From Pseudomonadota bacterium (GTDB lineage: Bacteria; Pseudomonadota; Gammaproteobacteria; Steroidobacterales; Woeseiaceae): DNA of 64,000 nt. Below the pieces are notes generated by a model that saw only the letters and a list, made by a program, of their open reading frames with translations, did not search any database and was not told where the DNA came from. Positions 27,871-36,877 of the stretch are shown one piece after another; the first letter of the stretch is position 1, and every line of letters starts with the position of its first letter. The DNA is taken from assembly GCA_039183535.1 (NCBI GenBank), contig JBCDBO010000011.1, positions 1,404-65,403 of the forward strand, in the 5' to 3' direction. A program made the translations under genes and the position numbers.

Positions 27871-28170
27871 ATGGCACTGACCAAGGCCGCTATGGCGGAA
27901 TCGCTCTTTAATGAGTTAGGATTAAACAAACGCGAAGCACGCGAATTGGTGGATCTTCTGTTTGAAGATATGCGTGCGTCTCTCGCGTCGGGGGAGCAAA
28001 TCAAACTGTCTGGGTTTGGCAATTTTGATTTGCGGGATAAAAACGAAAGACCTGGCCGTAACCCAAAGACTGGGGAAGAGATTCCGATTACAGCGCGACG
28101 CGTTGTGACGTTTCGGCCGGGTCAAAAACTAAAAGCCCGAGTAGAGGCCTATGCTGGAACCGGGAAATAA
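27871..28170 (+). CDS. ihfA: Integration host factor alpha subunit
   Basis: 99 aa. [41 protein letters not shown]. Confidence 0.97.
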   Translation: MALTKAAMAESLFNELGLNKREARELVDLLFEDMRASLASGEQIKLSGFGNFDLRDKNERPGRNPKTGEEIPITARRVVTFRPGQKLKARVEAYAGTGK

Positions 28171-28507
28171 CGACGAATTACCGCCCATACCCGGAAAACG
28201 TTATTTTACGATCGGCGAAGTGAGCGAACTCTGTTTCGTTAAGCCACACGTACTGCGTTACTGGGAACAGGAATTCCCACAACTCAAGCCGGTTAAGCGC
28301 CGCGGTAATCGTCGCTATTACCAGCGCCAAGACGTGCTGATCATTCGCCAGATTCGTAGCTTGCTGTATGAGCAAGGGTTTACGATCGGTGGCGCGCGTC
28401 AGCAACTTACTGGCGAAGAGGCCCGTACTGACGTTTCGCAAAGCCAGCAAATAATCAAACAGTTACGCGTTGAACTGGAAGAAGTACTGAAGATACTTCG
28501 ACGTTAA
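28151..28507 (+). CDS. MerR-family transcriptional regulator
   Basis: 118 aa. N-terminal MerR HTH ([25 protein letters not shown]). Overlaps ihfA by 20 nt. Confidence 0.8.
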   Translation: MLEPGNNDELPPIPGKRYFTIGEVSELCFVKPHVLRYWEQEFPQLKPVKRRGNRRYYQRQDVLIIRQIRSLLYEQGFTIGGARQQLTGEEARTDVSQSQQIIKQLRVELEEVLKILRR

Positions 28508-28602
28508 GTGCGATGCCCACTCTATGGGTTTCGCGCGACGCCAGTCGCACCAACCCTGCCGCGTAACAGGGCCGTCCGCAGAGTCTTGGAATCCGATACG
28601 TT

Positions 28603-28679
<77 letters not shown>

Positions 28680-28686
28680 TTCGGTT

Positions 28687-29979
28687 CTAAGGGCGGCTAG
28701 TCGGGTGTTGCTGCAACGAGTGACTGACTAACTCGAAGCTCGCTTGATTCTCAAACAGCTTACGAAGTTTGCGGTCCTCGATACCGAGCAAAATCGGTTC
28801 CGCGCGTTCGCGGTAAATATTAACTTTGGCGTTGTAAACGCTGCGACTCAAGCCGTGTTTGTCGGCGATGATCAAACGTCGAATGTTGAAGCCTTGTTCG
28901 TTTTTCTCACCCGTCAAATAGCATTTGATCGACGAGATCCGCTCGCCCGACAACTCGAGCCCTTCCAATTGCGCTAAGTTGTCTTGGGCGTGATCGACGA
29001 AGCCGATGGCATCCAATTCAACACCGCTTGGCCGATTATTACGATCGGCGCCGACATGGAAATCACCGACGAAAATCTGCCCAGGCAGCGCCTTGTCGAT
29101 CATCCGCGCCAACTCGATCGTTACGTCACCGACGATGTAATCGTGGATGGTCGGATTGAGTCCTTCGGCTTGGTGAAACTCATAGCAACTGCCGACATGG
29201 AATGCGGCTCGGAGCCGCGGCACTGAGTTCGCCGTTGCACGTTGTTTCGCAATGGCGTTATCGGCTAGCACCAAATGCATGAATCGGTACAGATTTGCAT
29301 TAGCGGCATCGCTCTCGTCCCGGTTCCAGATATAGAAGCCGTCACCGGTCGTTGACCGTCCAAAGCTAACGCCAATCTGGTTGTCCATCAGCTTACTCTG
29401 GGCGGAGTTCAGCGAGTAGGAGAGGCTGTTTAGCTGCGTCATCTGCTCGAATGGGCTCAGCAAGCTGAAGCCGACGATATCGAACAACGCGACGGCGCGG
29501 CTTGGTACGAAACTGATCCCGTAGCGTTTGACCATTTGCTCGATAATTTCGAGTTCGGTGGCGGTACGACCAACCGCTTGGCGAAGCGGCAGATAGCGTG
29601 GCTCGATCGCCAACAACCGGGCGATCTTGCGCAGTTGTTTTTCGCTGAATAAACGGCGGTGGCTGAGTAGGCTTTTGATAAACTCTTCGGACAGTTGCCA
29701 GCCACTCGATGCTTGACCGCCGCGTCCCGCTGCATACTCGGCAACGGCGTAGTGGGGAATGACCAATATTAGGATGCCGTCCTCGTGCGGAGTCCACCCA
29801 AGAATGCACTGCTGCCCTAAGCCCCATTCGGTATGCAGGCTCTTTTCTAGTAGCACCAAGTTGCTGCGCTCGCGCAGCCCCATCTCGCTCGCTATGCCAA
29901 CCAACGCATCGAGGTATGGCGAGTAGCTGGCAATTCGCTGGATAGCAGAAGGCGAGATGTCATCGATAGTCATGAACAC
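28687..29979 (-). CDS. Hypothetical protein with a divergent class III nucleotidyl-cyclase-like central domain
   Basis: 430 aa. Central block [11 protein letters not shown] ... [11 protein letters not shown] ... [13 protein letters not shown] ... [23 protein letters not shown] follows the order of cyclase-homology-domain motifs. The flanking N- and C-terminal regions are unrecognised. Its stop codon is 7 nt from the 3' end of tRNA-Pro. Confidence 0.6.
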   Translation of the reverse strand: MFMTIDDISPSAIQRIASYSPYLDALVGIASEMGLRERSNLVLLEKSLHTEWGLGQQCILGWTPHEDGILILVIPHYAVAEYAAGRGGQASSGWQLSEEFIKSLLSHRRLFSEKQLRKIARLLAIEPRYLPLRQAVGRTATELEIIEQMVKRYGISFVPSRAVALFDIVGFSLLSPFEQMTQLNSLSYSLNSAQSKLMDNQIGVSFGRSTTGDGFYIWNRDESDAANANLYRFMHLVLADNAIAKQRATANSVPRLRAAFHVGSCYEFHQAEGLNPTIHDYIVGDVTIELARMIDKALPGQIFVGDFHVGADRNNRPSGVELDAIGFVDHAQDNLAQLEGLELSGERISSIKCYLTGEKNEQGFNIRRLIIADKHGLSRSVYNAKVNIYRERAEPILLGIEDRKLRKLFENQASFELVSHSLQQHPTSRP

Positions 29980-30130
29980 CGCATCGGTAGGCGCTGCGGC
30001 TAATGCCGCCGCGGGCGACCTAGGCTAGTCGTTCGCCGGCGGTGGTGCAAATAAGACAGGGTTTGACTTATGTAAGGTTGTTACGCCGTTCACTGCTATC
30101 ATCTCCTTGCCCGTCGGAGTATCCGCCACG

Positions 30131-31084
30131 ATGAAATTAATTACGGCTGAGGACATTGCCGCAGCCGCAAATACGCTTGACGGCCGCGTACGCCGGACGC
30201 CGGTTGTCGAATTGGCAGCGGCGGGCTTCGGCAACAATATTGCCGGCAAATTCGAGCACTGGCAGCGAACAGGTACGTTTAAAGCTCGCGGTGCGCTGTT
30301 GAGTATCGATGCCCTCGATAAGTCGCAGCGCGAGGCGGGGGTTACCGCGGTCAGCGCCGGCAATCATGCCATCGCAACAGCCTTCGCGGCGCGCGAAGCT
30401 GGCGTCTCAGCCCACGTGGTGATGACCGCGTCGGCGAATCCGTTGCGCGTACAACGCTGCCGTGACCTAGGCGCGTTTGTCGAGATCGCTGGCTCCGTTC
30501 ATGCGGCGTTTGATCGCGTGGCGGCGATTCAGCGCGATGCGGGGCGTGCGTTTATCCACCCGTTCGACTCACGAGAAATGTTGCTTGGCAGTGCAACGCT
30601 GGGTGCGGAAATTGTGGCGCAGTGTCCCGATGTCGAGCGCGTTATTGTCCCTATTGGCGGTGGTGGGTTGGCGGGCGGTTTGGCTGCTGCCATAAAGTTG
30701 CTGCGGCCGGAGTGCCAAGTAATTGGGGTCGAGCCGGACGGTGCCGCGTCGATGCAACTCAGTTTACGGTGTGGTGAAGCGAAGACGATCGACGAGGTCA
30801 AGACAATCGCAGATAGCCTCGGTGCGCCGTATGCGCGACCATATTCGTTCGCGCACTGTGCGCGGTTTCTTGACCGGGTGGATACCGTGTCTGACAGTGA
30901 GTTACGTCGCGCGATGCAGCGATTACATGATTCGCTCGGTTTCGCGGTCGAACCGGCGTGTGCTGCCTCGACGGCGTGGCTTGAGCGTTACGGTAACAGC
31001 GCCGATGGGCGCCGCACGGTGCTGCTGTTTTGCGGCAGTAATATCGATGTCGGCAGCGTTGCTTCGCTGCTCGTGGACGTGTGA
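30131..31084 (+). CDS. PLP-dependent threonine/serine dehydratase family protein (short form, no ACT domain)
   Basis: 317 aa. PLP-lysine motif FEHWQRTGTFKARGAL; glycine loop VPIGGGGLAGGLA. ATG at 30131 preferred over the ORF-track start at 30107. Confidence 0.8.
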   Translation: MKLITAEDIAAAANTLDGRVRRTPVVELAAAGFGNNIAGKFEHWQRTGTFKARGALLSIDALDKSQREAGVTAVSAGNHAIATAFAAREAGVSAHVVMTASANPLRVQRCRDLGAFVEIAGSVHAAFDRVAAIQRDAGRAFIHPFDSREMLLGSATLGAEIVAQCPDVERVIVPIGGGGLAGGLAAAIKLLRPECQVIGVEPDGAASMQLSLRCGEAKTIDEVKTIADSLGAPYARPYSFAHCARFLDRVDTVSDSELRRAMQRLHDSLGFAVEPACAASTAWLERYGNSADGRRTVLLFCGSNIDVGSVASLLVDV

Positions 31085-32541
31085 TGGACGCGGCACTTGC
31101 GGCGATTGTCGGTGCGGACGGCATTGTCGCTGACGATGCCAAGCAACCCTTTCTGACCGAATGGCGCGATCGTCTGCACGGGGCGGCTCGCGCGATCGTC
31201 ATGCCGCGGACGACTGCCGAGGTTGCAGCCGTTCTTCGTTACTGCGCCGAGCGCGATTTCGCGGTCGTGCCGCAAGGGGGTAACACTGGCTTGTGCGGCG
31301 GCGCAATTGCGACCGATGCCGAACGCGACATCGTTGTTTCGTTACAGCGGATGAACCGTGTCGTTGCCAGCAACGCGAGCGACAACACGTTGATTGTTGA
31401 GGCCGGCTGTACACTCGCGGACGCCCAGGCCGCTGCGGCCGCCGTCGACCGGTATTTTCCGTTGTCCTTGGCCGCCGAAGGCTCGGCGACTATCGGCGGT
31501 AACATCGCGACGAACGCTGGCGGAATTCATGTCCTGAAGTACGGCACGACGCGAGATCTGGTGCTCGGTCTCGAAGTTGTCCTTGCCGATGGGCAAATTT
31601 GGGACGGACTACGGACCGTTCGCAAAAACACGGCGGGCTACGACCTCAAACAGCTGTTTATCGGTAGTGAAGGTACGCTCGGTATCGTCACTCAAGCGGC
31701 ACTTAAGTTGTTCCCACGACCGCAGCGCTACGTGACCGCATTCGCTGCCGTTGCGGACATGGAAGCGGCGGTAGCGCTGTTACATGCGACTAACGCCGCC
31801 GCGCCGGGCATGGTCGAGGCTTTTGAACTGATCTCCGCTCAGGCGCTGCAGTTCGTAACGCGACACATCGACGGCACGCGTCAGCCTATTTCGTCCGCCG
31901 CGCCTTTCTTCGTCTTGGTTGAATTGGGCGGCGGCGAACGATTTCCCCTGCAAGAGCTTACCGAAGCTACGTTTTCTGAGGCGCTGGAGGGCGGTATCGT
32001 TGATGATGTCGTCGTTGCGAGTAGCTTGTCGCAGCGCGATGCGCTGTGGCGCTTGCGGCATTCAATTTCGCAGGCTCAGAAACCGGAAGGCAGTAGTTTG
32101 AAGCACGATGTCTCGGTCCCAGTTTCCGCGCTGGCGGCGTTTCACCACGATACGGAGGCGATGCTTGCAGATCTTTGCCCGGGCATCCGACCGGTTGTCT
32201 TTGGTCATGTCGGTGACGGTAATTTGCACTACAACCTGTCGCGACCAGAGCGTGGCAGCGATGCCGAATTTCTGAAGCTCGCAGATGCGTTGAGTGACTG
32301 CGTCTATGACCACGTAGAGCGGTACAATGGGTCGATCGCCGCCGAGCATGGAATCGGTGTGTTCAAGCAGTCACTGCTGCAAGATCGAATAGCGGATGTT
32401 GAATACGGCCTGATGGAAACGCTAAAACACTCTCTCGATGCCGCTGGCCGACTTAACACTGGCCGAATTGTCGCATCGCGGTCGCCGACACAGGCAGTGC
32501 CGACTGACCATCGATCGGGGTCAAAACAGAACTCTCCATGA
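31084..32541 (+). CDS. FAD-linked oxidase (GlcD / D-2-hydroxyacid dehydrogenase family)
   Basis: FAD-binding PCMH-type N-terminal domain (VVPQGGNTGLCGG ... GGNIATNAGG ... KNTAGYDL ... IGSEGTLGIVT) and a C-terminal oxidase domain. The start overlaps the previous stop (GTGATG). Confidence 0.8.
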   Translation: MDAALAAIVGADGIVADDAKQPFLTEWRDRLHGAARAIVMPRTTAEVAAVLRYCAERDFAVVPQGGNTGLCGGAIATDAERDIVVSLQRMNRVVASNASDNTLIVEAGCTLADAQAAAAAVDRYFPLSLAAEGSATIGGNIATNAGGIHVLKYGTTRDLVLGLEVVLADGQIWDGLRTVRKNTAGYDLKQLFIGSEGTLGIVTQAALKLFPRPQRYVTAFAAVADMEAAVALLHATNAAAPGMVEAFELISAQALQFVTRHIDGTRQPISSAAPFFVLVELGGGERFPLQELTEATFSEALEGGIVDDVVVASSLSQRDALWRLRHSISQAQKPEGSSLKHDVSVPVSALAAFHHDTEAMLADLCPGIRPVVFGHVGDGNLHYNLSRPERGSDAEFLKLADALSDCVYDHVERYNGSIAAEHGIGVFKQSLLQDRIADVEYGLMETLKHSLDAAGRLNTGRIVASRSPTQAVPTDHRSGSKQNSP

Positions 32542-35102
32542 CTCGAGCGACCGAGCAATCCGGTGAGCATGCGTCGAGCGTTCCTGAGCTCGATGAGGCC
32601 TTACAAGCGTTGTTGGACGGCAATCTTCCGTTCGCGACATTTCGCGACCTGATCGCGAACCGCGCTTATACCGATACGGATGAGGCTGTTGCTCTGCTCC
32701 CATGGTTGGAGCGCTTGCGCGAAGCCAGCAGTTTGCCGGCGCATCTGGTGTCGTTGCTTGAGTCGGATGTCCGCCGTATCTGCAATGAGGATGTACCGAC
32801 AGAGGTCGATGTATTCGCTGCCGCGGAGGCGACTGATGGCGACGCCGCCCCAGTCGGGGCTAGCGACGATCCACCGCTGTCTGCTGAGGTCCTCGCGCTC
32901 CGTGAAGCGCACCAGTTGTCGATCGGCGATGTGCTCTGCGAGCGTTATGAAATCGTGAGTCGCGCACACGGCGGAAATATGTCGGCGGTTTATAAAGGCC
33001 ACGACGTTCCGACCGGCAATGCCGTCGCTATCAAACTGGTTAGGCCCGAGCTAAGCGGCAGTGGTAGAGCCGTGCGAGCGCTGCAAGACGAATTCGAGAA
33101 AGGACGTCGCTGTCAGCATCCGAACATCGTTCGTTACTACGCCCTGGAACGCCATAACGATGTCTTTTTTATTGTTATGGAATGGCTGGAAGGCGAGCAC
33201 CTTGCCGAGCGGATAAATCGCGAACCCGGTGTGGCGCAGAGTTTTGACTGGACATTCAGCATCGTTGAGCGGTTAGCGTCGGCGCTCAATGTTATCCATG
33301 AGCAGGGCTTCGTCCACGCCGACGTTAAGCCAGGTAATGTCATGCTGCTGACGAATGGCGACATTAAGCTGTTCGATTTTGGCGTTACCCAGGCGTACGG
33401 CCAACACGCGAAAGAGCGCGTTGCATTTGATGCCAGCGTACTGGCGGCAGCGACACCGGCGTATTCCAGTGCCGGGGTATTGGATGGCGATCCACTGACG
33501 CCGTCCGACGACGTCTATTCACTGGCGTGCTTAACCTACCGCATGTTGGCCGGCGCGCGACCGTACGGCGAATTAACAGCGAAGATGGCCCGCGAGTCGC
33601 GGGTCGAACCGGCGCGTATTACCGCATTACCAGCTTCAGCGTGGATGACGATCTCGACGGCGCTCGGCCACGACCCGGATGAGCGGCCGCAGTCGGTGCC
33701 CGCGTTTGTCGAAGGCATCCGGGCGCCGTCTCTGGCGGGATCGCGGCAGCGGCGCATGTCTGGATCGACGATGGGCTGGTGGCTGGCAACGGCTCTGGTG
33801 TTGTTGGTGGCGGTTGCTGTGTTGCTCGGTCGGGATCGGCGCGAATCTACCACTGAGCCGCCAGCCGTAGCTAGCGAGTCGCAGACGCAGCGGACCGGTG
33901 CTGGCGCGATCTTAGAGAGTGAGGTGTTGCCAGCGGTCGATCCGGAAGCGGTCGGCGCGCTGGCACCGCCCCCGCCTGAGGCTGCCGCGAGCGATACACC
34001 GCAGGACAACGCAGCGCTAGAGCCATTGACTAACGCCGGCGACGAAGTGCCGCGCGACGCCGACTCGGACGCGAATGCTATTGCGAGCGACGACGACGCG
34101 GTCGTTGCCACGGGTGTTTCAATTGTCAATGACGTTGCGGCCGATGATGACAATGCCGCTGCGATGACGCCCGACGATGACGGTGCCGTAGAGGTGACGC
34201 CAGAAGACGATGACGGTGCCGTCGAGATTGCGTCTGACGATGCCTTCGAGGTGTTGCCTGATGGGGATATCGTCGCTGGTGCAGCGGTGATTCGGCTACC
34301 GGTCACTAGCGACCTTGCACCGCTCAAGCTGGTTGAGACTGACGCGATGCTAACGCTAAGCTTCGATACGACAGCGCTTGATTCGACGAGCGTCGGCGTT
34401 TACTTGAATGCGTTGACGCGCGACCAATACAAGCAGACCTTGTCGTTGCTCGACAGTGGGCTGCAGCCAATCGTTGGTGGAACGTTGGCGATTCGCTTGC
34501 AGCCGCGAGCAAGTTGGATCGATGCGCCAACTCGTTTGTACCGCCTACTGATTACACGACCGGATACGGGCGGCGTACTGGCTGTGGTACCGATTGAAGT
34601 TGCTGATCAGAACGGCCCTGTCGAAACGCTAAACGCGGAACCGGCACCGCTCAATGACGACGCGGTCGCCGGCGGGTTGCCTAGCGGTAACGCGCCCGTC
34701 GGCACCGAGACGGTAGTCGCCAAAGTCGCGGCTGCAGAGGTCGTCGTGGGGTTTGCTAGCGCGACCCAGACGGTGTTGGAGGACCAACGGGTGGTTACCG
34801 TCAGCATCAACAAACGCGGCAATGCGGCGATCGTTGTTCAGGTGGCTATTGACAGTGACAGTGCGATTGCTGGCGAGGACTTTATCGCGCCGGTTGGCAA
34901 TACGGTTGAGTTGGCGGCTGATGTATCCAGCGCCGATTTTCGGATCGCGTTGGTCGACGACACGCAATGGGAAGCCGAGGAAGTTTTCCGGGTCCGAATT
35001 GTTGCGCCGCGCGGTGATGATGCCGTCTTCGAACAGTCACAACTCATCGTCATTCGCGACGACGATCCGAAACCTGTCAATGATGTTGGGGAACAGTTTT
35101 GA
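32538..35102 (+). CDS. Membrane Ser/Thr protein kinase with an acidic repeat region and a C-terminal Calx-beta domain
   Basis: Kinase motifs [22 protein letters not shown] helix [20 protein letters not shown]-rich repeats ([20 protein letters not shown]). Calx-beta-like end ([46 protein letters not shown]). ATGA overlap upstream and TTGA overlap downstream. Confidence 0.85.
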   Translation: MTRATEQSGEHASSVPELDEALQALLDGNLPFATFRDLIANRAYTDTDEAVALLPWLERLREASSLPAHLVSLLESDVRRICNEDVPTEVDVFAAAEATDGDAAPVGASDDPPLSAEVLALREAHQLSIGDVLCERYEIVSRAHGGNMSAVYKGHDVPTGNAVAIKLVRPELSGSGRAVRALQDEFEKGRRCQHPNIVRYYALERHNDVFFIVMEWLEGEHLAERINREPGVAQSFDWTFSIVERLASALNVIHEQGFVHADVKPGNVMLLTNGDIKLFDFGVTQAYGQHAKERVAFDASVLAAATPAYSSAGVLDGDPLTPSDDVYSLACLTYRMLAGARPYGELTAKMARESRVEPARITALPASAWMTISTALGHDPDERPQSVPAFVEGIRAPSLAGSRQRRMSGSTMGWWLATALVLLVAVAVLLGRDRRESTTEPPAVASESQTQRTGAGAILESEVLPAVDPEAVGALAPPPPEAAASDTPQDNAALEPLTNAGDEVPRDADSDANAIASDDDAVVATGVSIVNDVAADDDNAAAMTPDDDGAVEVTPEDDDGAVEIASDDAFEVLPDGDIVAGAAVIRLPVTSDLAPLKLVETDAMLTLSFDTTALDSTSVGVYLNALTRDQYKQTLSLLDSGLQPIVGGTLAIRLQPRASWIDAPTRLYRLLITRPDTGGVLAVVPIEVADQNGPVETLNAEPAPLNDDAVAGGLPSGNAPVGTETVVAKVAAAEVVVGFASATQTVLEDQRVVTVSINKRGNAAIVVQVAIDSDSAIAGEDFIAPVGNTVELAADVSSADFRIALVDDTQWEAEEVFRVRIVAPRGDDAVFEQSQLIVIRDDDPKPVNDVGEQF

Positions 35103-36775
35103 CAAACGATAAAGATCAACGCCGTTATTCGAGCCAAATCGTTGATGGTGTCGAGCAAGCGCCCAGTCGAGCGATGCTGCGGGCGGTCGGTTTCGACGAT
35201 GCAGACTTTGCTCGCTCACAAGTAGGCGTTGCCTCAACATTTAGCATGGTCACGCCGTGCAACATGCATATCAATGAGCTTGCTGATCACGCGGTTGATG
35301 GCGTCGATACGGCCGGCGGAAAAGGCGTGTTGTTTAACACGATTACGATTTCCGATGGCATTTCGATGGGGACGCCAGGCATGCGTTACTCGTTAGTCAG
35401 TCGCGAAGTTATTGCCGATTCGATAGAGACGGTCGTGGCGGGGCAAGGCTTTGATGGTTTTGTTGCCATCGGTGGTTGCGATAAAAATATGCCGGGTTGT
35501 GCAATGGCGATCGCGCGGCTGAATCGACCGGCCGTGTTTGTTTACGGAGGCACTATTCAACCTGGCCCAGGCCGCACCGATATCGTTTCGGTGTTCGAGG
35601 CGGTCGGTGCGCACGCGGCCGGCACGATGTCCGATGATGAGTTGACAGCGGTTGAGCGCGTCGCAATCCCCGGAGCGGGATCGTGCGGTGGTATGTACAC
35701 GGCCAATACGATGGCATCGGCCATTGAGGCCTTGGGTCTAAGCTTGCCGGATAGCTCAGCGCAAGAGGCGGTATCGCAAGCGAAACGCGACGATTGTCGC
35801 CGGGCAGGCGAGGCCTGCGTCGAGTTAATTAAGCACGGGATTACGCCAAGCGATATTCTGAGCCGCGAGGCATTTGAGAACGCCATTGCTGTTGTCATCG
35901 CGCTGGGTGGCTCAACCAATGCGGTTTTGCACTTACTGGCGATCGCGCACAGTGCTCATGTCGAACTTAGCCTTGACGACTTCACCCGTATAGGGAAAAG
36001 AACACCGGTGCTCGCCGATTTGCGCCCGTCCGGGCGCTTTTTGATGTCGGAATTGATCGACATCGGCGGGATTCAGCCGCTCATGAAGCAAATGTTGAGC
36101 GACGGGTTGTTGCATGGCGACACACTGACCGTCACCGGGCAAACGCTGGCGGAAAACTTGGCCAGTGTCGAGCCGTACAGTGCGACGCAGGAGATCGTCC
36201 GTACGATAGCCGCGCCTATAAAAGCGGAGTCACACCTCGTGGTGCTTTACGGCAACCTGGCCCCGGAAGGTGCAGTTGCGAAAATTTCAGGGAAAGAGGG
36301 AACCCGATTCACGGGTACCGCACGCGTATTTAATGCCGAGGAAGAAGCGTTGGCGGCGATACTGGATGGGCGAATCGTGGCAGGCGACGTTGTTGTTATT
36401 CGCTACGAGGGGCCGCGCGGGGGACCGGGGATGCGGGAAATGCTGAGCCCGACCGGGGCGATTATGGGTAAGGGTCTTGGCAACGACGTGGCATTGATTA
36501 CCGATGGCCGTTTCTCCGGTGGGAGTCACGGTTTTGTTGTCGGTCATGTCGCGCCTGAGGCGGCGGTCGGCGGTCCGCTCGGACTTGTCGCCGATGGCGA
36601 TACGATAACGATCGATGCTGAACGGCGGGAGATCACGCTGGCCGTCGATGCTGCGGAGCTCGATCAGCGCAGAACGAACTGGCAGCCCGAGAAGACACCG
36701 CCGACTCGAGGCGTGTTGGCAAAGTACGCGGGGCGGGTCAGTTCGGCATCGCAAGGCGCCGTTACGGATTTTTAA
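35099..36775 (+). CDS. ilvD: Dihydroxy-acid dehydratase (IlvD/Edd family, short form)
   Basis: 558 aa. [25 protein letters not shown]. The only start that keeps the conserved N-terminus is the TTG at 35099, which overlaps the kinase stop. Confidence 0.9.
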   Translation: MTNDKDQRRYSSQIVDGVEQAPSRAMLRAVGFDDADFARSQVGVASTFSMVTPCNMHINELADHAVDGVDTAGGKGVLFNTITISDGISMGTPGMRYSLVSREVIADSIETVVAGQGFDGFVAIGGCDKNMPGCAMAIARLNRPAVFVYGGTIQPGPGRTDIVSVFEAVGAHAAGTMSDDELTAVERVAIPGAGSCGGMYTANTMASAIEALGLSLPDSSAQEAVSQAKRDDCRRAGEACVELIKHGITPSDILSREAFENAIAVVIALGGSTNAVLHLLAIAHSAHVELSLDDFTRIGKRTPVLADLRPSGRFLMSELIDIGGIQPLMKQMLSDGLLHGDTLTVTGQTLAENLASVEPYSATQEIVRTIAAPIKAESHLVVLYGNLAPEGAVAKISGKEGTRFTGTARVFNAEEEALAAILDGRIVAGDVVVIRYEGPRGGPGMREMLSPTGAIMGKGLGNDVALITDGRFSGGSHGFVVGHVAPEAAVGGPLGLVADGDTITIDAERREITLAVDAAELDQRRTNWQPEKTPPTRGVLAKYAGRVSSASQGAVTDF

Positions 36776-36828
36776 TCCCTTCTGACTTGACGGTATCGCT
36801 AACGGTGCTATCGTCAACCGCTCGCTCG

Positions 36829-36854
36829 AACCCGCCCCTTGGCGGGTTTTTTTT
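36829..36854 (+). terminator. Rho-independent terminator after ilvD
   Basis: AACCCGCC-cctt-GGCGGGTT followed by a T-run. Confidence 0.8.
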
Positions 36855-36877
36855 GCTGACCGTTGCGGATCACCGGT

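Noticed and set aside
28687-29979. Calling the cyclase-like gene a Pycsar or CBASS-type defence system.
   Set aside because: No adjacent effector gene (TIR, TM or cNMP-binding) and no other defence genes are present. Only the fold-level resemblance is visible, so it is reported as a hypothesis, not a call.
33536-34327. 263-aa minus-strand Ser/Ala-rich ORF.
   Set aside because: It is antisense to the acidic ectodomain region of kinase 3. The low-complexity mirror composition is explained by the sense gene.
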